Positions 34,651-47,099 of a stretch of DNA of 64,000 nt are shown here, one piece after another. This DNA is from Vicugna vicugna. Its lineage: Eukaryota. Position 1 is the first letter of the stretch; each line of letters starts with the position of its first letter. The DNA is taken from the NCBI GenBank assembly GCA_013265495.1, contig MU058463.1, positions 124,001 to 188,000 on the forward strand, given 5' to 3'. Under the pieces are notes generated by a model. The model ran no database searches. It saw nothing but the letters and a program-made list of their open reading frames with translations, and was not told the origin of the DNA. Made by a program: the position numbers and the translations under genes.

Positions 34651-37094
34651 AAAAAAAACTGTATCCTTAATAGTGCACAGTGAAATCACACTCTAATAAA
34701 TATCCCTCAGTAGGTGCTATGAAATAGAAACAAATTAGAAACTTGACCCCATGGAGAGATAGAGAACTTGAGGTCTGTACTAACATACTTTTTGTTCTTT
34801 CTGTTAAAAAAGTTCTACTTAATAACCTAGCCTATGGGCCACTGTGTATGTGATGACTACACACTCAGGGAGAGAAAATCAAGGGCATATTGGAGAATTC
34901 CCCGGCTATAATGACCTATTCTTGCTTCCCAAGGTCAAATATATATTCCTTAAACCAAAAATTTATGTAGATAAGCCCATAGAATAATTTTTTCATGTGT
35001 ACAAAGGTGTTTCTGAAATAGATCAGGTCACTCATAAAACCCAAAGACATATTAAAAACTAGGCCAAAACTTTATCCTCTAATCTCTCTGTTGAATTATG
35101 CCTAGCTAAGTCTTCCAATCAAACTCAGCAATAAAGATAATTTGCTGATATGACATGGTTGCATTGCTCAGATAACTCACTGCAAATATTATAAGATGCT
35201 GTGTATTAGACAACTATGAGCTCATATTTATTATTAAATTCCTATTGGAATATATAATTAGGACATTTAAAGGGAACTTCCTTCTCTTTCAGCCACAAAG
35301 AAATTAAAATTTTTAATAAACATAGTCTTCAAAAGCTAATCTGAGGAAAGATAGTAGGCTGACTATATAAAAATCACCTATCGTGTCCCTAAAAACACAT
35401 ATTTTTATCTATGGTCTTTTCCCCCACTCTGATTTAGTACATTTGGGCAGATACAGTATTATTTAAAAATGTCCCAGGTGATTTTCCTATGTAGCTTAAT
35501 AGGGAAACTACTGTGCAATGTTCCAGTTATATATCATCATTACTATTATTGCTATAGAGCATAGAGCAACGCAGTACAGGAATTTAAAATCCTTAAAACT
35601 ATTGGTTGTCAGTGGGTATTACTATTTTGACTAATTGTAGTCAGGCTTCCCTCTTCAGCAGCTATAGCTTACACTATTTGCCAATTACACAAATATAGTC
35701 CTTTTACCACTTCTAAATATGGATGATCTAACAAGACTTTTATGTATCCCATTTTTTCAGAAGTCCAAAGATTCAACAAGACCTAATAAAGCCAATCTAC
35801 CATCCCTTTTTATTTAGCTTAAACAAAACCATGTCTTCACATTGCTATATTGATGTGTGAGATTAATAAGGGAAGAAAGGAAAACATGTTAAAAACATTT
35901 CAAAATTTCACTTTCAACATTATACTCATAATCAGTTCACTCAGGTTATTCTGGGACCACAACTGAAAGATTGTCATCATTTTGGAGCATTTTCTCAAGT
36001 TTAATTTTGGCATTGCTAAGCTTGCCAGTGGGAAGAATACAGAGGATGAGAGAGACTAACATTGGGAATTCAAATCTATATAGTCTCTTCTCTCATTGAT
36101 TGGGCTATCTGAGACAAAAATGTATTCTCATAAAATCTGGAGATTTGTAATAATAAGTTATTAAATCCTTGGTTCTTTTTTGACTGTTATTGTGCACTTA
36201 ATATATTTTGCTACCATAATTTATGTTTTTCTTTTGACTTCTGCATTTTTGTTACAAAAAAAAAAAACTGAAATGAGTGTAGGTTCTGCACATGACTACC
36301 ATTCTTTTTTCTCCTGTGAGCAGGCTACCCTAGTATTAATTCAGGTAACATTAATCAAAGACCATGAACTTGGGCCTTCTACGTGGCCAATATTTACACC
36401 CATTTTTATAACATGGGTCTCTTTACTATACTAGACATCATGCTTCTAACGCCTTCCTATTTGTTGTCTAGCCTATTCATTTATTTTCCTGGTATATGCC
36501 GCCAGATTTGTGTAGTCTTCTTAGTGACAGCTGGGAATTCATTGGGTTTCAATTCTATAAAATGCATCCATTGTTCAAGGAATCTTGTTAAGTTTTATCC
36601 CCTTAAAAAATTCCTTCAAAGGAGCCTTTCAAGAGTTCAAATTTTGGTTCTGGTCTGTATTAAGTCTTTTGTGCTTCTGTTTTATTTCCCTTTATTACTT
36701 GTTAAAACTGTATACCTCCCTTGGACTAGTCATTTTAGAGCTCCTTTCATTTATACTTCCCTTTCTATGCTTAACAAGTATGTAGACTTTCCCTTAAAAA
36801 TATTTATGGTAGCTGATGAAACAGTCATTAGTCTAGAGGCTTAATTAAAAAGGTAACTACTATTTCAAGTTTAAGTTTAAAGTAACTATTACTTTAATGC
36901 AGTGAATTCTTCTCTCTCAATCATCATTGTATTAGAGGGAGCACATGTTAGGAAGAAAGTAAATAATTACTGAGTGAACAAAGGAACAAGTGATGATCTA
37001 TAACAGGTGTAACTTACCCAGTCCCCACATTCCCATCCTCCTGCCACACAGTTTCTAGCCCTTTCACATTGGAAACCCATCTAAGGCAGGAAAA

Positions 37095-37325
37095 AGTAGT
37101 CAGACCCTGGAGTCAAACAAATGGGTTCCAAATCTGGCCATGTCCCTCATTTGTCATTGTGTGACTTTTGGCAAGTTATTACGTCTTGAGCTTCAGTTTC
37201 CTCATTTATAAAATTGGTTCCCAAATTAGTACCTATCACAGAACTGTTGTGAGATAAGGCTTGTAAAAGTATTTATCTTGGTAACTGGCATATGGTAAAG
37301 ACTAAACGTGTTGGAAGTTTTTATT
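37095..37325 (+). mobile_element. MIR SINE
   Basis: CTGGAGTCAAACAAATGGGTTCCAAATC...TGTGTGACTTTTGGCAAGTTATT...GAGCTTCAGTTTCCTCATTTATAAAAT MIR core. Confidence 0.8.
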
Positions 37326-37425
37326 ATATACCTAGTGGGTACTGGAATTTCTTAGACACTTTTTTCTTTACACATTAACATCCAGGCTTAATGTTCATTT
37401 TAATGTTAATTAAATATATCTCATA

Positions 37426-37970
37426 TGGGGTTAATATGCAAAATATATAAATAACTCATAAAACTGAATAGCAAAAAAAAAACCAATCTGATTAAAAATG
37501 GGCAGAATATCTGAATAGACATTTTTCCAAAAAAGACATAGAGATAGCCAATAAGTACATGAAAAGATGTTCAACATCATTAGTCATCAGGGAAATGCAA
37601 ATCACAGTCACAATGAGAGATCACCTAACACCAGTTAGAACAGCTAATTGTCAAAAAGATGAGAAATGACAAATGCTGGCAAGGATGCAGACAAACAGCA
37701 ACTTTTGTACACTGTTGTTGGAAATATAAATTTGTATAGCTACTGTGGAAAACAGTATGGAGGTTTTATAAAAAATTAAAAATAGAAATATTATATGATC
37801 CAGAAATTCCACTTGTGTATATTTATTTAAAGAAATCAAAAACATTAACTCAAAAATATATATGTGCCACTGTATCCATCACAGGATTATTTACAATAGC
37901 CAAGATACAAAAATAACCTAAGTGTCCATCAATAGATGAATGGATAAAGAAATAATGAGATACACACACA

Positions 37971-38011
<41 letters not shown>

Positions 38012-38065
38012 GAATATTATTCAGCTATAAAGATTAAACCTTGCCATTTGCAACAACACATATGG
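37426..38065 (+). mobile_element. Older L1 ORF2 3' fragment with internal (CA)n
   Basis: Degenerate match to the ORF2 C-terminal region (AAAATGGGCAGAATATCTGAATAGACATTTTTCC...GGAAATGCAAATCA...TGTGGAAAACAGTATGGAGG). Confidence 0.85.
37962..38008. repeat. (AC)n microsatellite
   Basis: Directly visible. Confidence 0.97.
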
Positions 38066-40184
38066 ACATTTCTCACAGTTCTGGAATCTGGGAATTCCAA
38101 CATTAAGGCACTGGCAAATTTGGTGTCAGGTCATGGGTCCCAACAACTCTAGGCTCTTCCCTTTCAGTGGCAATGTGTGTGAAGCAGCTCCAGCCATTAC
38201 ATCTAAGATGCAAATTCTGTACACAAAAAATACTACCTGAACTATTAGAAACATTTGTCTTTTAATCACTACTTAAGTTTAATCTGACAGAAAATAGAGG
38301 AAACAGAGACAAGAAAAATAAATGATTAGTGAATATATAGAAGTGTATAAATATATATGAATAGAAATAAACAGTATAAATAGGAAGAAAATATTCATGG
38401 TTGCTAGGAATCTTATTTCTGTAACTCACTGCATGGCTATGTGTTAGAGAAATTGGGATGCCAATTTGGGAAATATAAAACATTATGTGTGTATATTATA
38501 CTTATATCAAAATAAATTCCAAATGGATTAAAATTTTAATATAAAATATAAAACCATATGAGTAATAGAAGAAAAAATAAAACCTAATTTTAAAAATTGA
38601 GCTTGGTGACTTTTCTAGTAAATACATTCAAACTTTCTGTGTACTAAAATGCATATTAAAATAAGAATTATATGATTTTCAACTGATACAAATTTTGGCT
38701 CCAAAGTGGTTTTTTGCATTGAAAAACAATCTACTCTTAATTAAAATTTCATGTGACTTGATACTTGGAAGTACAAATGGAAGTATCTTCAGGTCTTTTA
38801 TGTAAATATCACTAGTTCTTTTTATTTTATGCCTTAGGAACATCCTTTGTGTCTCTTCCCATGTTGTTAACCCCTATGGTTTCCCATTAGTTTCTTTGGT
38901 ATCCCTTAGTCTTAAAAACATCTGGCACTTAGTTCAAATATTTTACTTTTTTTATATTTTTACACAACAAGGCATCATTAAAAATGTCATTAAATAAGAT
39001 TAAAAAGAACCCTTATATTGCTCCCTTTAGAATCTTAGTATTGGACACTAGGCAGCTTGCCATTTATAATTAGTATTTTATGATACATCAACTATGCATC
39101 CTTCTGCTTAAAAACTAATTTTCCAACTACTGTGCATAGTTCCTCTAAAACCTAATATAAATAATAAACAAGGAGAGAATAATGGTAATTTCAGGAAATA
39201 AAAAAATAAGGTGAGCAATATATTGCAGAAGCAGGACATTTTAGAGACAGGGACCTAATTTAAAATTCAAAGTAGGAAAATCATGCAAAATACATAAATA
39301 TGCAGGAATGCATACAAACAATTCTTTTAAATTTGATTTACATGAGAAATAAGGCTGACTTGGCAGACAGGCATATAGAAGATTGAATAAATGGCTATAA
39401 TAATGGAAAATGTTATCAATATGCCAATATACCAATAAAATTGCAGTATTTTACATTTTTAAAAAGTTTTAGTGACATTAAATTATAAAAGATTGGCTAG
39501 TTTGAAATATGAATTAGAGATTTGGATGGAAATGTAAAATAAAAGAGAGAAAACGTGTTACAAAGAAGGTCTTTATAGCAGGTGTATTTTGTCCTACTTT
39601 CTTTCTTACTAAAATCTATTTTTCTTTTTTTTTTTACTCACAGCAAATTTCCTCTTCAATGACACTTAATGAATATTCTCTTCTTGTTTACTCTAAAGTT
39701 AGCTTCTTGAAAAAAAATCCTTGCATTGTATGAGATATAATGCATATGCAAATATTTTGTCTTTGCTTAATCACAATAGCTGCAGTGTACTTATCTCTGA
39801 TTTTCCAAACTTTCTCTCCCTTGCTTGCATTTCTTTCCACACAATGTGTATCTGAGCAATTTATAAGACCTTTTGTCGCTCTAAGGGGAAATTAAAGTCT
39901 GTCTCCAGAAGAAAACAAAAATATTGGCATAAGAAAATAAGATTTCTCTGCTCAATACCCAAAATGAAGTAGAAGTTATTGGTTTATTCATTCAGGTATC
40001 AAATCAAACTGAGTGCGAGGAAAGTATACACATTCTAATGGCCTTGTGTACCTTATACATGCATTTTATTCATTATGATTAAGCTTTTGTGATTACTTAT
40101 TTTCCCACTATATAAATTTATGTGAGAAAAAAATAACTTGCTCTTACTATAAAATAAAAAGGGAAAAACAGTCATAGTGACAAA

Positions 40185-40410
40185 ATCATGTATTCAGACT
40201 TGGGTTTCATTACCATCTTCATCAATTCTGAGTAGTGACCTCAAGCAAGTTATTTAACCTCTTTGAATTTTAGCTTTCTCATCCACTAAATACAGTGACT
40301 AATAAAATCTACATCTTAAAATTGTTGTGGAGATTAAATGTGTTGAGTAGGTAAAGTACTTTCTTGACTAAAATGCCTGATAGTTTTAATACTAATAAAC
40401 GCTACTTAAC
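40185..40410 (+). mobile_element. MIR SINE
   Basis: TCAGACTTGGGTTTCA...GTGACCTCAAGCAAGTTATTTAACCTCTTTGA...TTTCTCATC...TTGTTGTGGAGATTAAATG. Confidence 0.8.
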
Positions 40411-42330
40411 ATGATTAATATTCATTGTTACTGTATACATAGTTTCATACATGGAATATGACATGCATTTAGGTAATGGTAGATAACAGGTTTTGAGAAT
40501 CTTCCTATTGCCTAATTTCTATATATTAAAAAAAAAATTAGACATTGATTCAGAGGTTCATAGATGAATAATTCCTTTTTCATAGAGTAGGTGAATGAGA
40601 ACAAACTACTATTTTACTACAGTTATTTATTACAATAAATAAGACATAATATAATATTACTAGAATATTATCACAGTTATTACATTATAATATATAACAT
40701 GTATAATATGTTATAAACACATGGTAATATAGAATATATAATTGACATGATATAATATACTTAGAGATTATATCAGAATTATATATGATATAGCATATAA
40801 TAAATAATTTATATATATGTAATTTAATATTCATTATATTTCTCTTGGCATATACATCCAACCTTCTGAGAAACCTAAAAAGTTTTCTATTGCAAAGGGA
40901 ATAAAACTGCCTAATAAATCCTAATAAACACAAAATTGCTGAGAGAAAATACAGCCTGTGTTGTCCTGGAGTGTGGGGGGAAACAAGTGAGACAAAATTA
41001 TCTTTAGAGACTGAAGGAGTTTATGACCTTCAAGAGACCATGGGTGCTTGGGGAAAAGAGGCCGGCAGGCAGGGAAACCATGCAGAGTTGCTGGGACAGC
41101 TCCTTTGCTCTTGGCCTTTGCTGGCTTCCAGAAACCCTAAGGGAGCTAATCCAAGACAATGATTTACCTTTAAGCTCAAAGTGCACATCACCAGTGCAGA
41201 GCAGATACCCCTTATCTGGTGAAATCTTTCCTGTGACAGCAGCCTAAAATGTCCTTAGTGTATGACCTAGTAGAAATTATGCTTACTCCTTAGATGCCCC
41301 AAGACCTTACCACTCCAGGTGGACATATCCATTTGTGCTGCACTTTTGTCACTGCCCTTCTCAAACAGAGAAAGGGTTCTTAGAAATCCAAAAGGGTAAT
41401 TGTGTCCCCAGAAATAAAACCCTCACTATCTTTAATAGCATAGACATAAACTACAGTGCGAGCCACTTTGAGAACAATAATATTCACACACAATTAAATA
41501 CATGTTATGGCAAACATACATTATGACACATGCATTAATATATGTTAGCTTTTTAAATTACTCCTTAGTGTGGATTTCATTTACATTCCATAATATGTTT
41601 ATGGGTTTCCATAGTAATACTCATTTATAATTGTTTTCCATTTTAACATACAAACAATGCTACAATACATTTTTTGTATTTCTCTCAAATAAATAGAAGG
41701 AAAGTCTCATTATATATGAAGTGCTGGAAATAGGCAAACTGGTATCAGATAATATCAGTATGAACCACAAGAAGTTCTGTTTATCTGTTCAGTTTCAAGG
41801 TTTAGGCTTATATTGCATTGATAACAATTTGAAATTGAAAGAAAAATTGCACCGATACCTGTCTCCCACCCTTCTTCATAAAAGTTTTTCTTCCTCGCTA
41901 CTAGACTACACTAATAAAAGAGGAAAAATAGGGAAAATAAACTTTAAATAAAGTTATGTGTTATAGTTACAAACCATATTAAGATAGTTTCAGCCTAAAA
42001 GAATGTAGCAAAATCTAGAGAGATAAAGTCACAAAAGACTAACCGACGATAATTCCTGGCATCAGCTGCTGTCGATGTGGGAAAATAAAGCAAAATCAGA
42101 AAACAGTGGTCTGAATGCTTGGCCAGTTCATCTCTCAGTTTTTTTTCTTTACTGAATATAGAGTTTTCCCGAGTCTCAACTGAGTTCCTATGTTTTATTC
42201 CTTGGCAGTATCGGCTAGAAATCTTGTGATTAGAACAATTTTACCCTGACTTAGAAGAGCTTATTAATGTATCTCTGACAAAATATTCTCCGGAGAACCT
42301 GTAAACAATGATTTAAAAAGAAAAAAAAAT

Positions 42331-42755
42331 ATAGATGGACCTGGAGGGTCTGTCTGATGCTAAGTGAAATAAATCAGACAGAGAAAGACAAATACTGTAT
42401 GACCTCATTTATACGTGGACTCTAAAAAACAAAATTAACAAACGACTAAAACAAAATGAAAACAGAATCATAAATAAAGATTAAAAATGGATGGTTGCCC
42501 GAGGGGGAAGGGTTGGACGAAATTGGTGAAGAGGATTAAGAGGTACAAACTTCCAGTTATAAAATAAGTCATGGTGATGTAACACACAGCATAAGGAATA
42601 TGGTTAAGAATATTGTAATAACCTCATATGGGGACAGATGGTTATTAAATTTATTGTGGTGATCATTTCATAATCTATGTAAATGGCAAATCACTATGCA
42701 GTACACCTGAAACTAACATAATATTTTATGACAGCTATGTTTCAATTTTAAAAAG
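42331..42755 (+). mobile_element. L1 3' end (L1MA9-like)
   Basis: ATGGACCTGGAGGG...TGCTAAGTGAAATAAATCAGACAGAGAAAGACAAATAC...AAACTTCCAGTTATAAAATAAGTCATGG...ACACCTGAAACTAACATAATAT, followed by an A-tract. Confidence 0.85.
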
Positions 42756-43219
42756 GATCATTTGTTTGCTCAGTTATAGCCTCCATTCTCCTGACCCTGC
42801 CCCACTGTCACTACATGGGAAATCTCCTTTTCAGTTTTTCTTTGCAACTTTCATAGCTACAAAAGTATGATTCCATGCCCTACAATTACCATAATGGATA
42901 GTAAGCAATTATTTAATGAACAATAACAGAACGTATGATGGTAAAGAAAAAAATGTAAAAATAGAGGAGATCCCTTGTTCTGTTGTATACATATGTAATG
43001 AGTTTGGATTATATAGTTTATTAAGGTCGTGTATGCATATGAAATTAGGAACTGAGAAAACTTTGAGGACAATGGGGAATTGAAATGCTTTTTCCTTATC
43101 TTCAAAATATTTCAGGACCATATGCGTGTGTATGTGTGTTTAAATTCTATTAAAGACTCTCTCTCTTTTAGTTTGTTTGATTTTGCATATGCCTATTTTC
43201 AAAAATAATAGAATTCTGG

Positions 43220-43845
43220 ACATTATGGGTTTTAAATTTAAAATTATTTACCAAATGATGAAACCATAATGTTATCTGATCATTCATCTGTTAAAAACAC
43301 ATTCAAGCTGAAAGATAGGCCAGTCAGTCTTAATGTAAGAGTACAAAAAGATCATTGGTATCATTTTAGATTCCACATTGCAACTAGTCTTTATGAAACT
43401 TCAAATTGTCACATTCTTATTTAGTATCAAAGAAGAATATGTACACACACTTAGAATACTATTAAATATTTCTCTTAGTCTCAACTACATATCTATGTGA
43501 GGCATGGCTTTCTTCATATATTTAAACCCAAACAGCATATTGCAACAGATTTAATGTAGAAGCAGACATAAGAACCAACATATTTGATACTTAGCAAGAC
43601 ATTAAAAAAAACTTGCAAGAATATAGGATAATACCACAATTTTAATATATTTTTCAGAAAAAATAAATTTTCATAGAATACCTTTATGTTAACAAGTAAT
43701 ACATTTATCATTATTTTAAGTGAAAAAAATATTTTAAAATTTTCCTCAGTTTTAATTTCTAATATCTCTAAAAAAAACTCTGGGATTCTTAATAACTTTA
43801 ATGTTATAAAGAGATTTTATGACTAAAAACTTGGAGACCATTGAC
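43220..43845 (+). mobile_element. hAT-Charlie (Charlie1-like) DNA transposon 3' part
   Basis: TCAACTACATATCTATGTGAGGCATGG...TATTGCAACAGATTTAATGTAGAAGCAGACATAAGA encodes a decayed TTYLCE...RNRLNAEADMR hAT dimerisation motif. The element ends AAAAACTTGGAGACCATTG. Confidence 0.75.
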
Positions 43846-44103
43846 CTATGTATTTCAATCCTGTAGTAAGTAGGAGGAAGATGTAGAGAATCTATCGAGT
43901 TAACAAATACATGTTCAGGAGGACAGACTGAATTAAAAAATAAGGGAAATTTTGGTTTGATACATGTTCAGAAAGATCCTGCTTACATATTTTGCCATTT
44001 TTAGCATGAACATAATTGGAATTAAAATAAAGCTACAGTCTTGTTTTGGGACCCGGCAGTGGTTCTCCAGACACAGATTGCCTTCACTTGAGAAAAAGCA
44101 GCA

Positions 44104-44704
44104 TGGAAAACAGTATGGAGAGTCCTTAAAAAACTAAAAAGAGAGTTACTGAATGATCCCACTCCTGGGCATATATCTGGAGGGAACTCTAATTCGAAAA
44201 GATACATGCACCCCAATGTTCATAGCAGAACTATTTACAACAGCCAAGACATGAAAACAACCTAAACGTCCATTGACAGAGGACTAGATTAAGAAGTTGT
44301 GGTATATTTATACAATGGAATACTACTCAGTCATAAAAAATATTAAAATAATGCAATTTGCTGCAACAAGGATGGATCTGGAGATCATCATTCTAAGTGA
44401 AGTAAACCAGGAAGCAAAAGAAAAATAGCATATAATATCACTCATATGTGAAATCTAAAAAAAAAAAAAAAGATACAAATGAACTTATTGAACTTATTTA
44501 CAAACATAAACAGACTCACATACATAGAAAACAATTTATAGTTAGCAGGGGGAGAAGGGGATGGGAAGGGATAAATTTGGAGTTCAAGATTTGCAGATAC
44601 TAATTACTATATGTAAAGTAGATAAACAGTAAGTTTATACTATATAGCGCAGGGAACTATTTTCAATATCTTGTAGTAACCTATAATGAAAAAGAACACG
44701 AAAA
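44104..44704 (+). mobile_element. L1 fragment (ORF2 C-terminus + partial 3'UTR), truncated at both ends, with TSD
   Basis: Perfect 15 bp direct repeat TGAGAAAAAGCAGCA at 44089-44103 and 44705-44719. The sequence is homologous to 25809-26170 in the opposite orientation. Confidence 0.9.
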
Positions 44705-46551
44705 TGAGAAAAAGCAGCAGACAGTAACCTTCCGGTTACATGCATGAGTGAGCTGGGATTATAAATCATACTGCAGAAAATTCCTTTTCAGATGTCTGAT
44801 CTCTGCATCTTGCTTTGCATGAGGAAGGTTATGTTTTCTGTAACATTTAGGAAATATAAATGGAAGCTATTTTAGAGGACAGATTTCTTACTGGCCATCG
44901 GAGATGGCTATTAAAGTAAATATTTGAGAAAACAATATTTTTAAACAATGTGTCATTTGTAATTCATCTTCTTATCAAAATTGGAATAAGCAGAATTTTG
45001 GTTCACAAAACGTCTAGTAATGGTGGATAAATATCAGAGGGAAGTGCTGGAGGTATATGGCTTGGCAGCCACATCAACCTGCAGGCACGTGAGTGAGGCC
45101 ACTTTAGACCATCTTGCCTTAGTTAAGATAGACAAAGGCACTCTGAGGACCAGCCAAAAAATGCATTGAGGACAGTGTGAATTGTTCACCCATTCAATTT
45201 TAGGCATGAAATTTTGTGGTTTTGAGGCAATACATTTTGAGATATTTTTCACAAGTGGCAACATGATACTGAACTCTCCAATTTCATGTCGTATTTCTGT
45301 TCGTGCAAACTAGGCAGTATGAAAATGTTCTTTGTTTGTTTAATCCACTTGAAATGATTCTTACAAAAACCATGATGCAAATTAAGAAAATAGATACTTA
45401 AGTGTCCATCAGAGATTGCATGATAAGCCTATTTTTTTCCTTATCTGGAAATATCTTCCTTAAGATTATATGTTATGCTTTCTTGGAATTTTTGATTATA
45501 AAAAATAAAGATACATGATAATTTTAAAAGCATATTAGCATATCTTCTTTCAGAAGGTATAGCTTATTTTGAGTTTTCTGCCATTTGAAACTCCTTTTTT
45601 AATGCTATCTCTGTCTCTACATCTGTCTCTCTTCCTGTCTTTTGCCTCTCCTTCTTTGTGAAAATTTTTAGGATTTGTTATTTTTGTCAAGGATTCTGAA
45701 ACTGATGGCAGTGCATCTATGTGTGAGTCTTTACTGATCACAATGGCCACTCTGTGGGCCATTTTACTCTGAAGGCTTATAGTATTTTATTTCTGTGAAA
45801 CTGCATTGTTTCCTTGATAATTTTCTCTTGTTTTTTGATATGTTCTCTCCAGAATCTTAATAATCCTATGTAAGGCTTTTTAACTGTCTTCTTAGTTTCA
45901 TATATTTAATCATATATTTCCTATTTTTCTTGCCTTTTGGCTCTCATCTTTCAATCTCCAGTCATTTACCTTTCTTTAGTTTGAAGTGTTTAAAAAATAG
46001 CAACTTTCATAAATTTATACTCTCTTTAGTTTTATCCTTCACAAATTTTTTAACACTTAATCTTTGTTTTATGGAAGAAAATACTAATATCTGAGCAACT
46101 TTTTATGGCCCTTCTGACATATTATTTAGTTTTTTTTTCCCCTTGGATTATTTCAACTTTTTAAGCAGTTTCTTTTAAAATAATTTTATCATCTTTTGTT
46201 CCCTTATGAGCTTTCTTTAGATGGTGGCAAGATACTTGACTGTACCTTGATGTCTGTATTATTTATAATGACATGTTTGCTATTCTGTCTCTAAATGGGA
46301 TTCAGTTTTCATAATTCTCCCCTTGTTCATATGGGTTTACAGTTTATGGGAATGAAATCATTACATATTGTTGCAAGTAGCTTCTCTAGAAGGTAATCCA
46401 ACCAGATCCTATCTTGATAGTTTTATGGATTAATTACTTCAAGTAAGTTCTATTCTTGAGTGACTATAGCTATAAAGTTTTACACCTGAGGTGCTCATCT
46501 TTTATTTTCTGGCCTCCTGGTTCTGCCCATCTCCTGGAAATTCATGTAATG

Positions 46552-46696
<145 letters not shown>

Positions 46697-46921
46697 TCAT
46701 TTTACTTTTTTTTTTAAGCATCTCAGTACCATCCCTGCAGTAGGAAGGCAGCATCTTTAACCCAAATTTTAGCAATAAGACCCAGGATTATCTTTCATAT
46801 CTTCTATTAGTCTCAGGTTACTTCCACATATGTTCTTCTATTTTCTTCACCTTAATTTTTAAAAGGGAAAATACAAGTCATGTTGCTAAATAATTATGTG
46901 TAAATTAAAGAAGAGATATTG

Positions 46922-47099
46922 GCAGGAAAGTCCACATAATTTGTGGATTTCCATACTAAATACAAATTCTAGGATCCTTGTTCAGAAATTATTAAAAATT
47001 TTAGAATAGCCAGTAGACATTAAATCAAATATTGGGACCTCCTAAACTCAGGGCCCAGAAAGATGGCACAGGTCATGGGTCCAAGAAGCTAGCCCCAGG
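46922..47099. mobile_element. MER91-like hAT-Tip100 element
   Basis: CATAATTTGTGG...CCTTGTTCAGAAATTATTAA...CAGGGCCC...GCACAGGTCA...AAGCTAGCCC matches the recalled consensus. Confidence 0.55.

Noticed and set aside
36180..36844. Hydrophobic 84 aa and 153 aa ORFs
   Set aside because: T-rich sequence yields Leu/Phe-rich translations. There is no recognisable family motif or splice structure.
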